Of a stretch of DNA of 53,527 nucleotides, positions 8,360 through 18,155 are shown one piece after another. Each line of letters starts with the position of its first letter. Position 1 is the stretch's first letter. The stretch spans positions 1-53,527 of the forward strand of contig CALWTU010000020.1 of assembly GCA_944384515.1 (NCBI GenBank), given 5' to 3'. The position numbers and the translations under genes were made by a program. The notes beneath the pieces are model-generated. The model did not search any database, was not told where the DNA came from, and saw only the letters and a program-made list of their open reading frames with translations. Source of the stretch: an uncultured Clostridia bacterium (lineage in GTDB: Bacteria; Bacillota; Clostridia; Oscillospirales; CAG-272).

Positions 8360-11300
8360 TCAGTTGTTGTAGAAATCAACAAGCTTCTTAAGTCTCTCGT
8401 ACTTAGCCTTTGCAGCCTTCTCAGCCTTCTCGAAGAGAACCTTTGCTCTCTCGGGGAATGCCTGTGCAAGACGAGTATAACGAGCCTCGCCGTTGATGAA
8501 CGCCTGATAATCGCCTGTCGGCTCCTTGGAGACGAGAGTGAAGGTGTTCTTGCCCTCTGCCTTAAGTGCAGGATTGAATCTGAACATCTGCCAGTAACCT
8601 GCCTCAACAGCCTTCTTCATCTCAGTCTGGCAGTTAGCCATACCGCCCTTGATAGAGTGCATCTCACACGGAGCATAGCCGATTACAAGTGAAGGTCCGG
8701 GATATGCCTCTGCCTCTGCAATTGCCTTAAGAGTCTGTGACATATCAGCGCCCATTGCAACCTGTGCTACATATACATAGCCGTAGGACATTGCGATCTC
8801 TGCAAGGTTCTTCTTACCGATAGCCTTACCTGCTGCGGCAAACTGAGCAACCTGACCGATATTGGACGCCTTTGACGCCTGTCCGCCTGTGTTGGAGTAA
8901 ACCTCGGTATCAAATACCATTACATTTACATTCTCACCCGATGCAAGCACGTGGTCAAGTCCGCCGAATCCGATATCATAAGCCCATCCGTCTCCGCCGA
9001 AGATCCATACCGCTTTCTTGGACAGATACTTCTTAGCATCAAGAATCTTCTTTCTGAGCTCGCATCCGCAATCGCACTCCTCAAGCATCTTAACAAGGTT
9101 CTTTGTAGCAACCTCGTTTGCCTTGCCGTCCTCAAGTGTGTTGAGATATGCATCTATTACGCTGAGTTTATCAGCATCCTCTACCTTCTCACGAAGTTCT
9201 TTTACATAACCGATAGCTCTCTCACGAAGGACCTTCTGTCCAAGGTAAATACCGAGACCGTGCTCTGCGTTATCCTCAAACAGTGAGTTAGCCCATGCAG
9301 GTCCTCTGCCGCTCTCGTTGTTCACTGTGTAAGGTGTGGAAGGTGCCGAGCCGCCCCAGATTGAAGAACATCCGGTAGCGTTGGATATATACATTCTCTC
9401 ACCGAACAGCTGTGTGATAAGACGGGCATAAGATGTCTCAGCACATCCTGCGCATGAGCCCGAGTACTCAAGAAGAGGCTGCTTGAACTGGCTGCCCTTG
9501 ATAGTTACGGAAACAAGCTCTGACTTCTCGGAAACATTAGCTACCGCATAATCATATGCTGCCTGCTGATCAAGCTGTGTCTCAAGAGGCTTCATCTCAA
9601 GTGCTGTACCGAGCTTCTCGTTGTTGTTTACAGGACAAGCCTTAACGCAAAGCGTACATCCCATACAATCCATGGGGCTGACTTGCATTGTAAACTTATA
9701 TGTTGTCTTAAGAACGGGCTTTGCAGCGAACTTTGTAGCTGCGGGAGCCGCCTTTGCCTCATCCTCTGTCATTGCGAAAGGACGGATACATGCGTGAGGA
9801 CATACAAACGCACAGTTGTTACACTGGATACAGTGCTCTGCGTTCCACTGAGGAACGGAAACCGCAACGCCTCTCTTCTCATATGCAGCGGCACCCTGCG
9901 GGAATGAACCGTCAACATATTTTGTAAATGCGCTGACTGTAAGCTTGTCACCCTTCATTGCGTTAACAGGGAATACGATATCGTTTACATAATCAACAAG
10001 ATCGCCTCTCTTACCTGTTGCCTTAGCGGCAGGAGCGTTCTTGCCCGCATCCTTCCATGACTCCTTAACTGCAACCTGGTGAATTGCGTCCTTACCTGCG
10101 TCAATAGCGCTGTGGTTGAGGTCAACGATTGCCTGTCCCTTCTTAAGATATGACTTTGTAGCCATATACTTCATATATCCTATTGCCTCATCGATCGGAA
10201 GAATCTTTGCAAGTGTGAAGAATGCAGACTGAAGCACTGTATTCTTAACCTTTGCGTTACCCAGATCAATGGCAATCTTTGTAGCGTTGATTGTATAGAA
10301 CTTGATATTGTTGTTTGCAATATAGCTCTTTACCTCATTGGGAAGATGCTCATCAAGCTCCTCGTCTGTCCAGTGGCAGTCAAGAAGGAATGTTCCGCCC
10401 GGCTTAACATCCGAAATCATATCGTATTTTGCAAGATATGCAGAGTTGTGGCAGGCAACAAAGTCAGCCTTGTTAATATAATAGGATGACTTGATCGGCG
10501 AATCACCGAAACGAAGGTGAGAAATTGTTATACCGCCGGTCTTCTTTGAGTCGTACTGGAAATAAGCCTGAATATATTTGTCGGTGTGGTCACCGATAAT
10601 CTTGATGGAGTTCTTGTTTGCACCAACTGTTCCGTCTCCGCCGAGTCCCCAGAACTTGCACTGAATCATATCCTTGGGAGCTGTATCGGGAGCCGCCTTC
10701 TCCTCAAGAGAAAGTCCTGTAAGGTCATCAACGATACCTACGGTAAAGTGATTCTTGGGCTCAGCCTTTGCAAGGTTCTCGTAAACCGCAAATACAGATG
10801 AAGGAGGAGTGTCCTTGGAACCGAGTCCGTATCTTCCGCCTACAACCTTGATACCCTCTCTCTTCATCTCGCTGAGAGCGGCAACAACATCAAGATAAAG
10901 CGGCTCGCCGAGTGAACCGGGCTCTTTTGTTCTGTCAAGAACTGCAATTGTCTTACATGTTGCGGGAATAGCCTCGCAAAATCTCTTTGCCGAGAAAGGT
11001 CTGTAAAGTCTTACCTTAATAAGACCTACCTTCTCACCCTTGGCGTTAAGGTAGTCGATAACCTCCTCTGCAACATCACATACAGAACCCATGGCAACTA
11101 TAACACGCTCTGCGTCAGGCGCACCGTAGTAGTTGAAGAGTTTGTAGTTTGTGCCGAGCTTCTCGTTAACCTTGCCCATATACTCCTCTACGATCTCGGG
11201 AAGAGCGTTGTAGTAGGGGTTGCAAGCCTCTCTGTGCTGGAAGAAGATATCTCCGTTCTCAGCAGAACCTCTGAGCATAGGTGTCTCGGGGTTGAGCGCG

Positions 11301-11941
11301 TGGTCACGGAATGCCTTTACAGCGTCAAAATCAACCATATCCTTAAGGTCGTTATAATCCCATGTGGCAACCTTCTGAATCTCGTGGGACGTACGGAAGC
11401 CGTCAAAGAAGTTAAGGAAAGGTACTCTGCCCTTTATTGTGGAGAGGTGTGCAACTGCACCAAGATCCATAATCTCCTGCGGGTTTGTCTCTGCAAGCAT
11501 TGCAAAGCCTGTCTGACGGCATGCATAAACGTCAGAGTGATCACCGAAAATGTTAAGAGCGTGGCTTGCTACACATCTTGCCGATACATGAATTACGCAA
11601 GGAAGAAGCTCTCCTGCGATCTTGTACATGTTAGGGATCATAAGAAGAAGTCCCTGTGACGCTGTGTAAGTAGTTGTAAGTGCACCGGATGCAAGAGAAC
11701 CGTGAACTGCTCCCGCAGCACCTGCCTCTGACTGCATCTCAACAACCTTAACATTGTCGCCGAAAATGTTCTTTGCCGGCTCGCCGAAAATGTTCTTATT
11801 GGACGCAGACCATGTGTCTGTTACCTCAGCCATGGGGCTTGACGGTGTGATAGGATAGATAGCAGCAACCTCTGTAAACGCATAGGATACATGCGCTGCG
11901 GCTGTGTTACCGTCCATAGAAATTTTCTTTCTTTCTACCAT
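8360..11941 (-). CDS. nifJ: pyruvate:ferredoxin (flavodoxin) oxidoreductase
   Basis: About 1190 aa single-chain PFOR. It has two ferredoxin-type CxxCxxCxxxCP motifs (CIQCNNCAFVCP, CMGCTLCVKACP) and the TPP-binding region GGDGWAYDIGFGG. Start is ATG 11941, after GGAGG. The TTG at 11956 overlaps that RBS. Confidence 0.95.
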   Translation of the reverse strand: MVERKKISMDGNTAAAHVSYAFTEVAAIYPITPSSPMAEVTDTWSASNKNIFGEPAKNIFGDNVKVVEMQSEAGAAGAVHGSLASGALTTTYTASQGLLLMIPNMYKIAGELLPCVIHVSARCVASHALNIFGDHSDVYACRQTGFAMLAETNPQEIMDLGAVAHLSTIKGRVPFLNFFDGFRTSHEIQKVATWDYNDLKDMVDFDAVKAFRDHALNPETPMLRGSAENGDIFFQHREACNPYYNALPEIVEEYMGKVNEKLGTNYKLFNYYGAPDAERVIVAMGSVCDVAEEVIDYLNAKGEKVGLIKVRLYRPFSAKRFCEAIPATCKTIAVLDRTKEPGSLGEPLYLDVVAALSEMKREGIKVVGGRYGLGSKDTPPSSVFAVYENLAKAEPKNHFTVGIVDDLTGLSLEEKAAPDTAPKDMIQCKFWGLGGDGTVGANKNSIKIIGDHTDKYIQAYFQYDSKKTGGITISHLRFGDSPIKSSYYINKADFVACHNSAYLAKYDMISDVKPGGTFLLDCHWTDEELDEHLPNEVKSYIANNNIKFYTINATKIAIDLGNAKVKNTVLQSAFFTLAKILPIDEAIGYMKYMATKSYLKKGQAIVDLNHSAIDAGKDAIHQVAVKESWKDAGKNAPAAKATGKRGDLVDYVNDIVFPVNAMKGDKLTVSAFTKYVDGSFPQGAAAYEKRGVAVSVPQWNAEHCIQCNNCAFVCPHACIRPFAMTEDEAKAAPAATKFAAKPVLKTTYKFTMQVSPMDCMGCTLCVKACPVNNNEKLGTALEMKPLETQLDQQAAYDYAVANVSEKSELVSVTIKGSQFKQPLLEYSGSCAGCAETSYARLITQLFGERMYISNATGCSSIWGGSAPSTPYTVNNESGRGPAWANSLFEDNAEHGLGIYLGQKVLRERAIGYVKELREKVEDADKLSVIDAYLNTLEDGKANEVATKNLVKMLEECDCGCELRKKILDAKKYLSKKAVWIFGGDGWAYDIGFGGLDHVLASGENVNVMVFDTEVYSNTGGQASKASNIGQVAQFAAAGKAIGKKNLAEIAMSYGYVYVAQVAMGADMSQTLKAIAEAEAYPGPSLVIGYAPCEMHSIKGGMANCQTEMKKAVEAGYWQMFRFNPALKAEGKNTFTLVSKEPTGDYQAFINGEARYTRLAQAFPERAKVLFEKAEKAAKAKYERLKKLVDFYNN

Positions 11942-11994
11942 TGGTATTTCCTCCAAATTTGTTATTATATATAAAAAGATATCTCCAATTCGGT

Positions 11995-12023
11995 ATTATA
12001 GCATAAAAAAGCAGAAAAGTAAA
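11995..12023 (-). promoter_or_regulatory. candidate promoter for PFOR
   Basis: Minus strand has TTTACT, a 17-nt spacer, then TGcTATAAT (extended -10), about 50 nt upstream of the start codon. Confidence 0.5.
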
Positions 12024-12173
12024 GGCTTTGCGCCGAGTTAATAAAAATTTTTCATGTTGTATGAAAATAACCGAAGCTCTTGATACAGTATGCACAGAAA
12101 AGAGGGCTTCCAGTCGCAAAATTCAATTTCTGCCGGCTCGCATACCCGCCGGGCGCAAAGGTGCCAAAACCGT

Positions 12174-12800
12174 CTACTCTTCTTTATGTATCTCCTCTCC
12201 GCTTTCTGAAAAAAGCACCGAGAGCGCATTTTTATATCCGTCAAAATCTGATATGAGATTGAGCGCCTCAATAAGGCTGTTGGCGCTCATGTCCTCCGGC
12301 AGCTCAAAATAAGCCGCAAGTGAGCGGCGGCGAGTCTGTGCCATCGGTGTACCGGATAGCCCGTCGCCGTAAAAGTCCGCTTTTGTTATCAAACGCCCCG
12401 CAGGCTTTGCCGCGGTGCCTCCAGAAGCGGCAAAAGGAGAGAGGACCTCGCGCAAAACCTCGGGGCTCATACCCTCAACTCCGAGTACTCCCTCTTTGCC
12501 TCTTTGCGCTTTGCGCCGCTCTTTGCCCTTTATCCTCGGAATATAGAGGCTGAAAACTTTGTCTTTGGGCAAAATCGAGCTGATGAAGCTCCGTATCTGC
12601 CGTCCCCCGCTGTCCGAGTCTGTGAGAATTATAATTCCGTTTTTAAGTCCTATTTTTCGAATCAGCGCCTGCTTTTCCTTTGAATTGAACACAGAAAAAC
12701 CGCCTGTGGTGATTATATTTGCGTCAACGACCTGTGAGAGAGTATTTTTGTCATACTTGCCCTCCACCAAGATGGGCAATGAGATTTTTATCTTCTCCAT
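12174..12800 (-). CDS. Toprim-domain protein, RNase M5 (RnmV)-like
   Basis: VEGKYD near the N-terminus, IILTDSDSGGRQIR (Toprim DxD) and GVLGVEG. The layout parallels B. subtilis RNase M5. ATG at 12800. Confidence 0.7.
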   Translation of the reverse strand: MEKIKISLPILVEGKYDKNTLSQVVDANIITTGGFSVFNSKEKQALIRKIGLKNGIIILTDSDSGGRQIRSFISSILPKDKVFSLYIPRIKGKERRKAQRGKEGVLGVEGMSPEVLREVLSPFAASGGTAAKPAGRLITKADFYGDGLSGTPMAQTRRRSLAAYFELPEDMSANSLIEALNLISDFDGYKNALSVLFSESGEEIHKEE

Positions 12801-12931
12801 ATTAAAAGAGCCTCTCCTTTTCCGATTATCCGGGCATTTTGTCTGTTAAGCGGTTTATGCCTCCGCTCTGCGACCGTCAATTAATATTGGGTAACTCAGG
12901 TTTTAAGTCTCCGATTTTACAAAATTTCATT

Positions 12932-13618
12932 TCAGTTACCTTTTTTTGAGTTATGCTTACAGATGTCCCCCATCGGACACTCGCCGCACCTCGGACCCCG
13001 CGCAAGGCACACTTCCCGACCGAAAAAGACTATCCTGTGGCAAAAGTCGCTGCCCTCCCCGCTCTCGATAAGCTCTCTCAGTATCATCTCGGTTTTAGTG
13101 GGGTTTTTCTCGGTTTCGGGATAGAGACCGAGTCTGCCGCAGATCCTGATACAGTGCGTGTCGCAGACCACGGCGTCCATTCCGAAAACATCGCCGAGAA
13201 TGAGATTTGCAATCTTCCGACCGACGCCGGGCAATGTCAAAAGAGAGTCCATATCGCACGGAATCTGTCCGCCAAAATAGGATATCAGAATCCGTGAGGC
13301 ATCTTTGATATTACTCGCCTTCATCCTGTAAAGTCCGCACGGCTTGACAAGCTCTTCTATCTCTCCTATCTCTCCCTGCGCCATACTCTGCATATCCGGA
13401 AATTTTGCAAAAAGATCCCTTGATACAATATTCACCCGCTCATCGGTGCACTGTGCTGACAGGCGAGCCATAACAAGCAGCTTCCACGGATCCCCCATAT
13501 ATTCAAGCGAGCATGCCGCGTCGGGATAAAGTTCTTTGAGCCGTCTTGTAACCTCGGCTGCGAGCTCACGCTTAAATTTAAGATTTGTTATCTTTGTCTT
13601 TTTACCGCTGTTTGTCAT
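12932..13618 (-). CDS. nth: endonuclease III (HhH-GPD DNA glycosylase/AP lyase with 4Fe-4S cluster)
   Basis: HhH motif LPGVGRKIANLILG and a C-terminal Cys cluster C-x6-C-x2-C-x5-C (CLARGPRCGECPMGDIC). ATGA overlap with the maf stop. Confidence 0.9.
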   Translation of the reverse strand: MTNSGKKTKITNLKFKRELAAEVTRRLKELYPDAACSLEYMGDPWKLLVMARLSAQCTDERVNIVSRDLFAKFPDMQSMAQGEIGEIEELVKPCGLYRMKASNIKDASRILISYFGGQIPCDMDSLLTLPGVGRKIANLILGDVFGMDAVVCDTHCIRICGRLGLYPETEKNPTKTEMILRELIESGEGSDFCHRIVFFGREVCLARGPRCGECPMGDICKHNSKKGN

Positions 13619-14193
13619 AAAGAGAAAATCTCCCCTCCCAAAGCCGTATTGAGTAATTTCACAGTAAGAGGAAGGGACAGCCCCATAATCGTATCAAAGC
13701 CGCCATCGTATTTTAAAACGAACCTTCCGCCCTCGCCCTGTATGGCATAAGAGCCCGCCTTGTCCATCGGCTCACCGCCCTCAACATATTCGTTTATTTC
13801 GTCATTCGTCAGTTCTCTGAAATAAACGGAGGCGGTATCAACACCGAAAAAACATTTCCCCTGATAATGTACAGCCACACCCGTGTGAACATTATGCGCT
13901 CTGCCGGAGAGCTTTTTGAGCGTATTGAATGCGTCCTCTTTGCTGTGCGGTTTACCAAGAGGCACGCCGTCAATTTCAACCAAGGTATCCGAAGAAACAA
14001 TAACATTCCCCGCGCCGCACTCCGCAACGGCGGCGGCACCTTTTCTCACCGCAAGAACCTCTACTGCCTCTATCGGCGGAATATCCGCCGATATGCTCTC
14101 GTCAACATCAATTCCCAAAACCTCAAACTCTCCGACAACTCTTCTGAGCAGTTCTCTGCGCCTCGGAGAGGAGGAGGCTAAAATTATCTTCAT
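13615..14193 (-). CDS. maf: Maf-family nucleoside triphosphate pyrophosphatase
   Basis: MKIILASSSPRRRELL N-terminus and YAIQG motif. ATG at 14193 follows GAGGTG. The track start at 14196 is a TTG one codon upstream. Confidence 0.9.
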   Translation of the reverse strand: MKIILASSSPRRRELLRRVVGEFEVLGIDVDESISADIPPIEAVEVLAVRKGAAAVAECGAGNVIVSSDTLVEIDGVPLGKPHSKEDAFNTLKKLSGRAHNVHTGVAVHYQGKCFFGVDTASVYFRELTNDEINEYVEGGEPMDKAGSYAIQGEGGRFVLKYDGGFDTIMGLSLPLTVKLLNTALGGEIFSL

Positions 14194-14295
14194 CAAAAAT
14201 CACCTCATTTTCCGCTTTCGTCAAAAGTCCTGCCATACTGCAACAGCAAAGCAAGGCAGGTATCGTGTTAAATATTATCAAATGCGGCAAAGATT

Positions 14296-15273
14296 TCACC
14301 CTCTTTTGAAGTTTTCAATTGCCGAGAGAACCGTCTCCTCGGCTGCTGAATAGGTCTCAAGCTGATTTATTCTGACACGCAGCTGAGCACAGCCCGCAAA
14401 GCCCTTGAAGTAGAGCGCAATCTGCTTTCTGCTCTCCCTCATCGCAACAGCCTCGCCTTTGTCCCTGACAGCCTCTCTGAGCTGAAAGAGCGCCGCCTCT
14501 CCTATCTCGTCAATGGTCGGGGGCGTGTAACTTCTTCCCTCAAGTCCCGCTGTTATTTCCTCAAAAATAAACGGGTTTCCTATCGCCCCTCTGCCTATCA
14601 TAATACCGTCGGCGCCTGTTATTTCAAGCGCCTTCATTGCCGTCTCGTATGATGTAATATCTCCGTTTGCCACAAGAGGTATATGCAAATATTTCTTTAC
14701 ATTTGCTATCTCATGCATATCAGCCGTGCCTGAATACATCTGTGTGCGTGTTCTGCCGTGCACACAGATCATCTTTGCGCCGCCGCTCTGTGCCGCCTGT
14801 GCGCATTCTGCAACATTGATACTGTCGACGCCAAGCCGCATTTTTACCGTGCAAGGCAGTGATATGTTTGAGCTCACACTCTTTACAATCCTGTATATAA
14901 GGTCGGGATCTTTCATCAGGGCAGACCCCTCTCCGTTAGAAAAAATCTTCTTCACCGGGCAACCCATATTTATATCTATCGCACACGGTGCCCCCTCCCC
15001 CTGAGTTTTCTCGGAGAGCCGACAGGCACTGCGAGCCATAATATCAGGGTCACTGCCGAAAATCTGAAGAGCCACAGGCTCCTCGTCAGACAGTATCCTC
15101 GATATGCCAGCCGTTTTTTTATCATTATAAGATACGGCAACGGCACTGACCATCTCCGTCACCGTATACTCGCATCCGTATTTTTTGCACACAAGGCGCA
15201 TTGCCCTGTCGGTAAATCCCGCCATCGGGGCAAGAATTACGCCGTGCCTGAGTTCCGTATTTCCGATTTTCAT
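14296..15273 (-). CDS. dus: tRNA-dihydrouridine synthase
   Basis: LAPMAGFTD, DINMGCP and VHGRTR motifs. I place the start at ATG 15273 (MKIGN...), after GGAG, giving 325 aa. Confidence 0.88.
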   Translation of the reverse strand: MKIGNTELRHGVILAPMAGFTDRAMRLVCKKYGCEYTVTEMVSAVAVSYNDKKTAGISRILSDEEPVALQIFGSDPDIMARSACRLSEKTQGEGAPCAIDINMGCPVKKIFSNGEGSALMKDPDLIYRIVKSVSSNISLPCTVKMRLGVDSINVAECAQAAQSGGAKMICVHGRTRTQMYSGTADMHEIANVKKYLHIPLVANGDITSYETAMKALEITGADGIMIGRGAIGNPFIFEEITAGLEGRSYTPPTIDEIGEAALFQLREAVRDKGEAVAMRESRKQIALYFKGFAGCAQLRVRINQLETYSAAEETVLSAIENFKRG

Positions 15274-15407
15274 ATAAAAACTCCAACAACTGCCTCTTGA
15301 TATTTTAAAAAATTCACCGTTGTTGCTTATTGCTTTCCGTCTCAAACTTAATAATTAAAGTTTCGGCAGTTCTCTGCCGCACAATACTCTTCTCCGAGGG
15401 GAAAAAG

Positions 15408-16010
15408 TTATAAATCATCAAAATCCACCGTTTTCTGCGGTTTGATGTATCCCCAAAGAATAATAACTATCTGAAGCGGTATACCCGACAGGAAGAGCAT
15501 GTACATATTGTACTCTATGTACTGAAGGTAAACTGCTGTTATAGTCGTCCATGTAAGGAGTGAGTAGAACACATATGTCAGAATACGGTGACCCCACTTT
15601 TTGTTGAACATCGCCGCAAGCAAAAATGTAAGCGGACACGCCCATATGAAAACCATCCACGCCCTGTCGACAGAGAGGCGCACCATATAAACAAACATTA
15701 GCGACGCAATATACCACAGAACACAGATGACAAGAAGTGAAATAAATATCTTCTTCACTCCCTGCGCCTTTATCGTCTCGGGCAGCATGGATATGCTCTC
15801 ATGCTTTTCAAATATTACCACAATAGGCACATCATAAAGTTTTGCAAGCTTCTCTATAACCTCAATATCCGGCGTAACATCACCGACCTCCCATCGGGAC
15901 ACGGTCTTGTCCGAATAGCCTATCTTTTCCGCAAGTTCCATCTGCGTGAGTTTATTTTTCTTTCTCAGATATACGAGATTTTCCCGTATAATCTCCTTTA
16001 TTCCTTCCAT
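15408..16010 (-). CDS. membrane-anchored XRE-family HTH transcriptional regulator
   Basis: N-terminal HTH_3-like segment (LTQMELAEKIGYSDKTVSRWEVG) followed by about four hydrophobic helices. ATG at 16010 follows GGAGG. Confidence 0.8.
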   Translation of the reverse strand: MEGIKEIIRENLVYLRKKNKLTQMELAEKIGYSDKTVSRWEVGDVTPDIEVIEKLAKLYDVPIVVIFEKHESISMLPETIKAQGVKKIFISLLVICVLWYIASLMFVYMVRLSVDRAWMVFIWACPLTFLLAAMFNKKWGHRILTYVFYSLLTWTTITAVYLQYIEYNMYMLFLSGIPLQIVIILWGYIKPQKTVDFDDL

Positions 16011-16273
16011 ATAAACCTCCGAAATATGGGTTTTTATATATTCCCAAGAGAGTTGTTCACATATTATTAATAAATGTAAATATTTTACAAAATCAATTTT
16101 ATCTTACAATATTCGCTGTGCTTTGCTATACAATTGTAACACAATGTTTGCAAAAAGTCAAGGAAAACAGCCGATTCTCATTTTCCGAGAGTCAATTCTC
16201 GCACTCTCGCTCCCTGTCCCGGCACTCTCTTTCTTGAGTACAAAATCAGAGACAGGTTATTTTTTTAAATTCC

Positions 16274-16302
16274 TTGCTTTTATTTTCCCCCCGTTATATA
16301 AT
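16274..16302 (+). promoter_or_regulatory. candidate promoter of the acyltransferase/GT8 operon
   Basis: TTGCTT (16274-16279), a 17-nt spacer, then TATAAT (16297-16302). This lies inside the 5' extension of the tracked ORF. Confidence 0.5.
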
Positions 16303-16435
16303 ACAAGGCGTAATAAAGAAAAAAGAAAATTCAACAAATAATTGTTTTTTCGCCGCAAAACTTTATAGTTTTTTATCTATTAGTTTATTCTTTGCGGCAA
16401 ATAATAAAGCAAAGACCGTCAAAAAGAAAGGAGAG

Positions 16436-17323
16436 ATAAACATCAATAACGCTGACAAAAAATACATTAAAGCTCAGGCGAACATAAGAGAAAATTTTGA
16501 AAAAGAGCTTTATGCACCCAAATCAGACACAAAAAAGCAAAAGGATAATATTTATCCCGTAAAAACAGTTTATTACGAAGACGAGTTGAAAGACGAATTT
16601 TCAGTATCAAATATTAAAACTCTTGATGTTGACGAAAATTATCCGTTTTTAAGAAAGGGCTTTTTCTTTCATGCCGCCCGTTTTGTAGTTTACAGATTAA
16701 TTGCATTGCCGATTGCGTATGTTTTCTGCAAGCTGACCTTAAATCACAAGACTGTCGGACGCAAAAATCTCAGAAAGACAAAAGGCTCGTATTTTCTGTA
16801 CGCCAACCACACACAGCAAACGGCAGACGCATTTATACCGACGCTTGCCTGCTTCCCCAAAAGCGTATACACCATAGTCCACAGGGACAATATCTCAATA
16901 GACTTTTTGGGGAAATTTACCCCGTACCTCGGCGCAATTCCAATCCCGAACAGTATGAGAGCGCTTCGCAATTTCAATAATGCAATAGAAAAAAGAACTC
17001 TTGAGAACAAATGTATCGCGGTATATCCCGAGGCGCATATCTGGCCTTACGCAACCTTTATAAGAAACTTCCCTGACACATCATTTTATTACCCTGTCGA
17101 ATACGACATCCCTGTCTACTCCATGACGACGGTTTACAAGAAAAGACGGTTTTTCAAAAAGCCGCAGGCGGTAAGCTATATAGACGGCCCGTTTTTTGTT
17201 AATCATACTCTCCCAAGACGAGAGGCGATAAAAGATTTAAGAGACAGAGTTTATGCTAAGATGTGCGAGAGGAGCCGTGAGTCAGACTGCACTTACATTG
17301 AATATATAAAAAAAGAGGACTGA
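16436..17323 (+). CDS. LPLAT/PlsC-superfamily acyltransferase (start codon uncertain)
   Basis: The acyltransferase block is NHTQQTAD (a variant of HX4D) plus YPEAH. The tracked start at 16274 is a TTG inside the predicted promoter. A strong AAAGGAGAG sits at 16427-16435, followed in frame by ATA (16436) and ATC (16442). The next in-frame TTG is at 16586. Confidence 0.65.
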   Translation: MNINNADKKYIKAQANIRENFEKELYAPKSDTKKQKDNIYPVKTVYYEDELKDEFSVSNIKTLDVDENYPFLRKGFFFHAARFVVYRLIALPIAYVFCKLTLNHKTVGRKNLRKTKGSYFLYANHTQQTADAFIPTLACFPKSVYTIVHRDNISIDFLGKFTPYLGAIPIPNSMRALRNFNNAIEKRTLENKCIAVYPEAHIWPYATFIRNFPDTSFYYPVEYDIPVYSMTTVYKKRRFFKKPQAVSYIDGPFFVNHTLPRREAIKDLRDRVYAKMCERSRESDCTYIEYIKKED

Positions 17324-17327
17324 TAAT

Positions 17328-18155
17328 ATGATTAATCTACTTTATGCGGGAAACGCATATGTATTTGACGGCATTTTAACCTCCTCCCTCTCCGCTGTAA
17401 TGCGCATGAAGGACGAGGAAGAAATCAATATAAATATCCTCACAATGGACCTTCAAAGATTGAAAGACAGCTATGTGAAGATTACGCAAAAGCAGGCTGA
17501 TTTTATCGAAAACGCTCTCCGTAAGTATAACAAAAACGCAAAGGTCATTCTCCACGATGTGACCGACTTATACGGCGAGCACCTTGCGTTTAACGCAAAC
17601 GAGGACTGCTACTGCTCCCCTTACACTCTCTTGAGACTCCTTGCCGACCTGCTCGGCTTTCAGGGCAAACTGCTCTATCTTGACGCCGATGTCATGTTCA
17701 ACAAGGACCCCCGTCTCCTCTATAACATTGACACCGAGGGCGCGGAATACTGCGCCGCACGCGACCACTACGGAAAGTTCCTCATAAACCCGAACTACAT
17801 AAACGCCGGCGTTCTGCTCTTTGATATGGATGTATGCCGTGAGAGCGGAATATTTGAAAAGGCGAGAAAGCTTATAAGAGAGGTAAAACTCACCTTTGCG
17901 GACCAATCCGCACTTATCAGAAGCACGACAAAGAGAAAAATTATTTCTCAGCGCTTCAACGATCAGAAATTTTTATACAAAAATACCGTTATCCGCCACT
18001 TTTCAAAGAGGCTGTTTTATCTGCCCTACCCGCATACCGAAAACCTCAAACAGTGGCAGGTCGACAAAGTCAGAAAAAAATTCGGCTACAAAGAGTTTGA
18101 CGATATTTTTGACGAATACCTACTGTTAAAGGAGAAATATGAGAATGACAAATAA
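17328..18155 (+). CDS. glycosyltransferase family 8
   Basis: LYLDADVMF (DxD) in a typical GT8 context. ATG follows AAGAGGA. It starts 4 nt after the upstream stop. Confidence 0.85.
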   Translation: MINLLYAGNAYVFDGILTSSLSAVMRMKDEEEININILTMDLQRLKDSYVKITQKQADFIENALRKYNKNAKVILHDVTDLYGEHLAFNANEDCYCSPYTLLRLLADLLGFQGKLLYLDADVMFNKDPRLLYNIDTEGAEYCAARDHYGKFLINPNYINAGVLLFDMDVCRESGIFEKARKLIREVKLTFADQSALIRSTTKRKIISQRFNDQKFLYKNTVIRHFSKRLFYLPYPHTENLKQWQVDKVRKKFGYKEFDDIFDEYLLLKEKYENDK

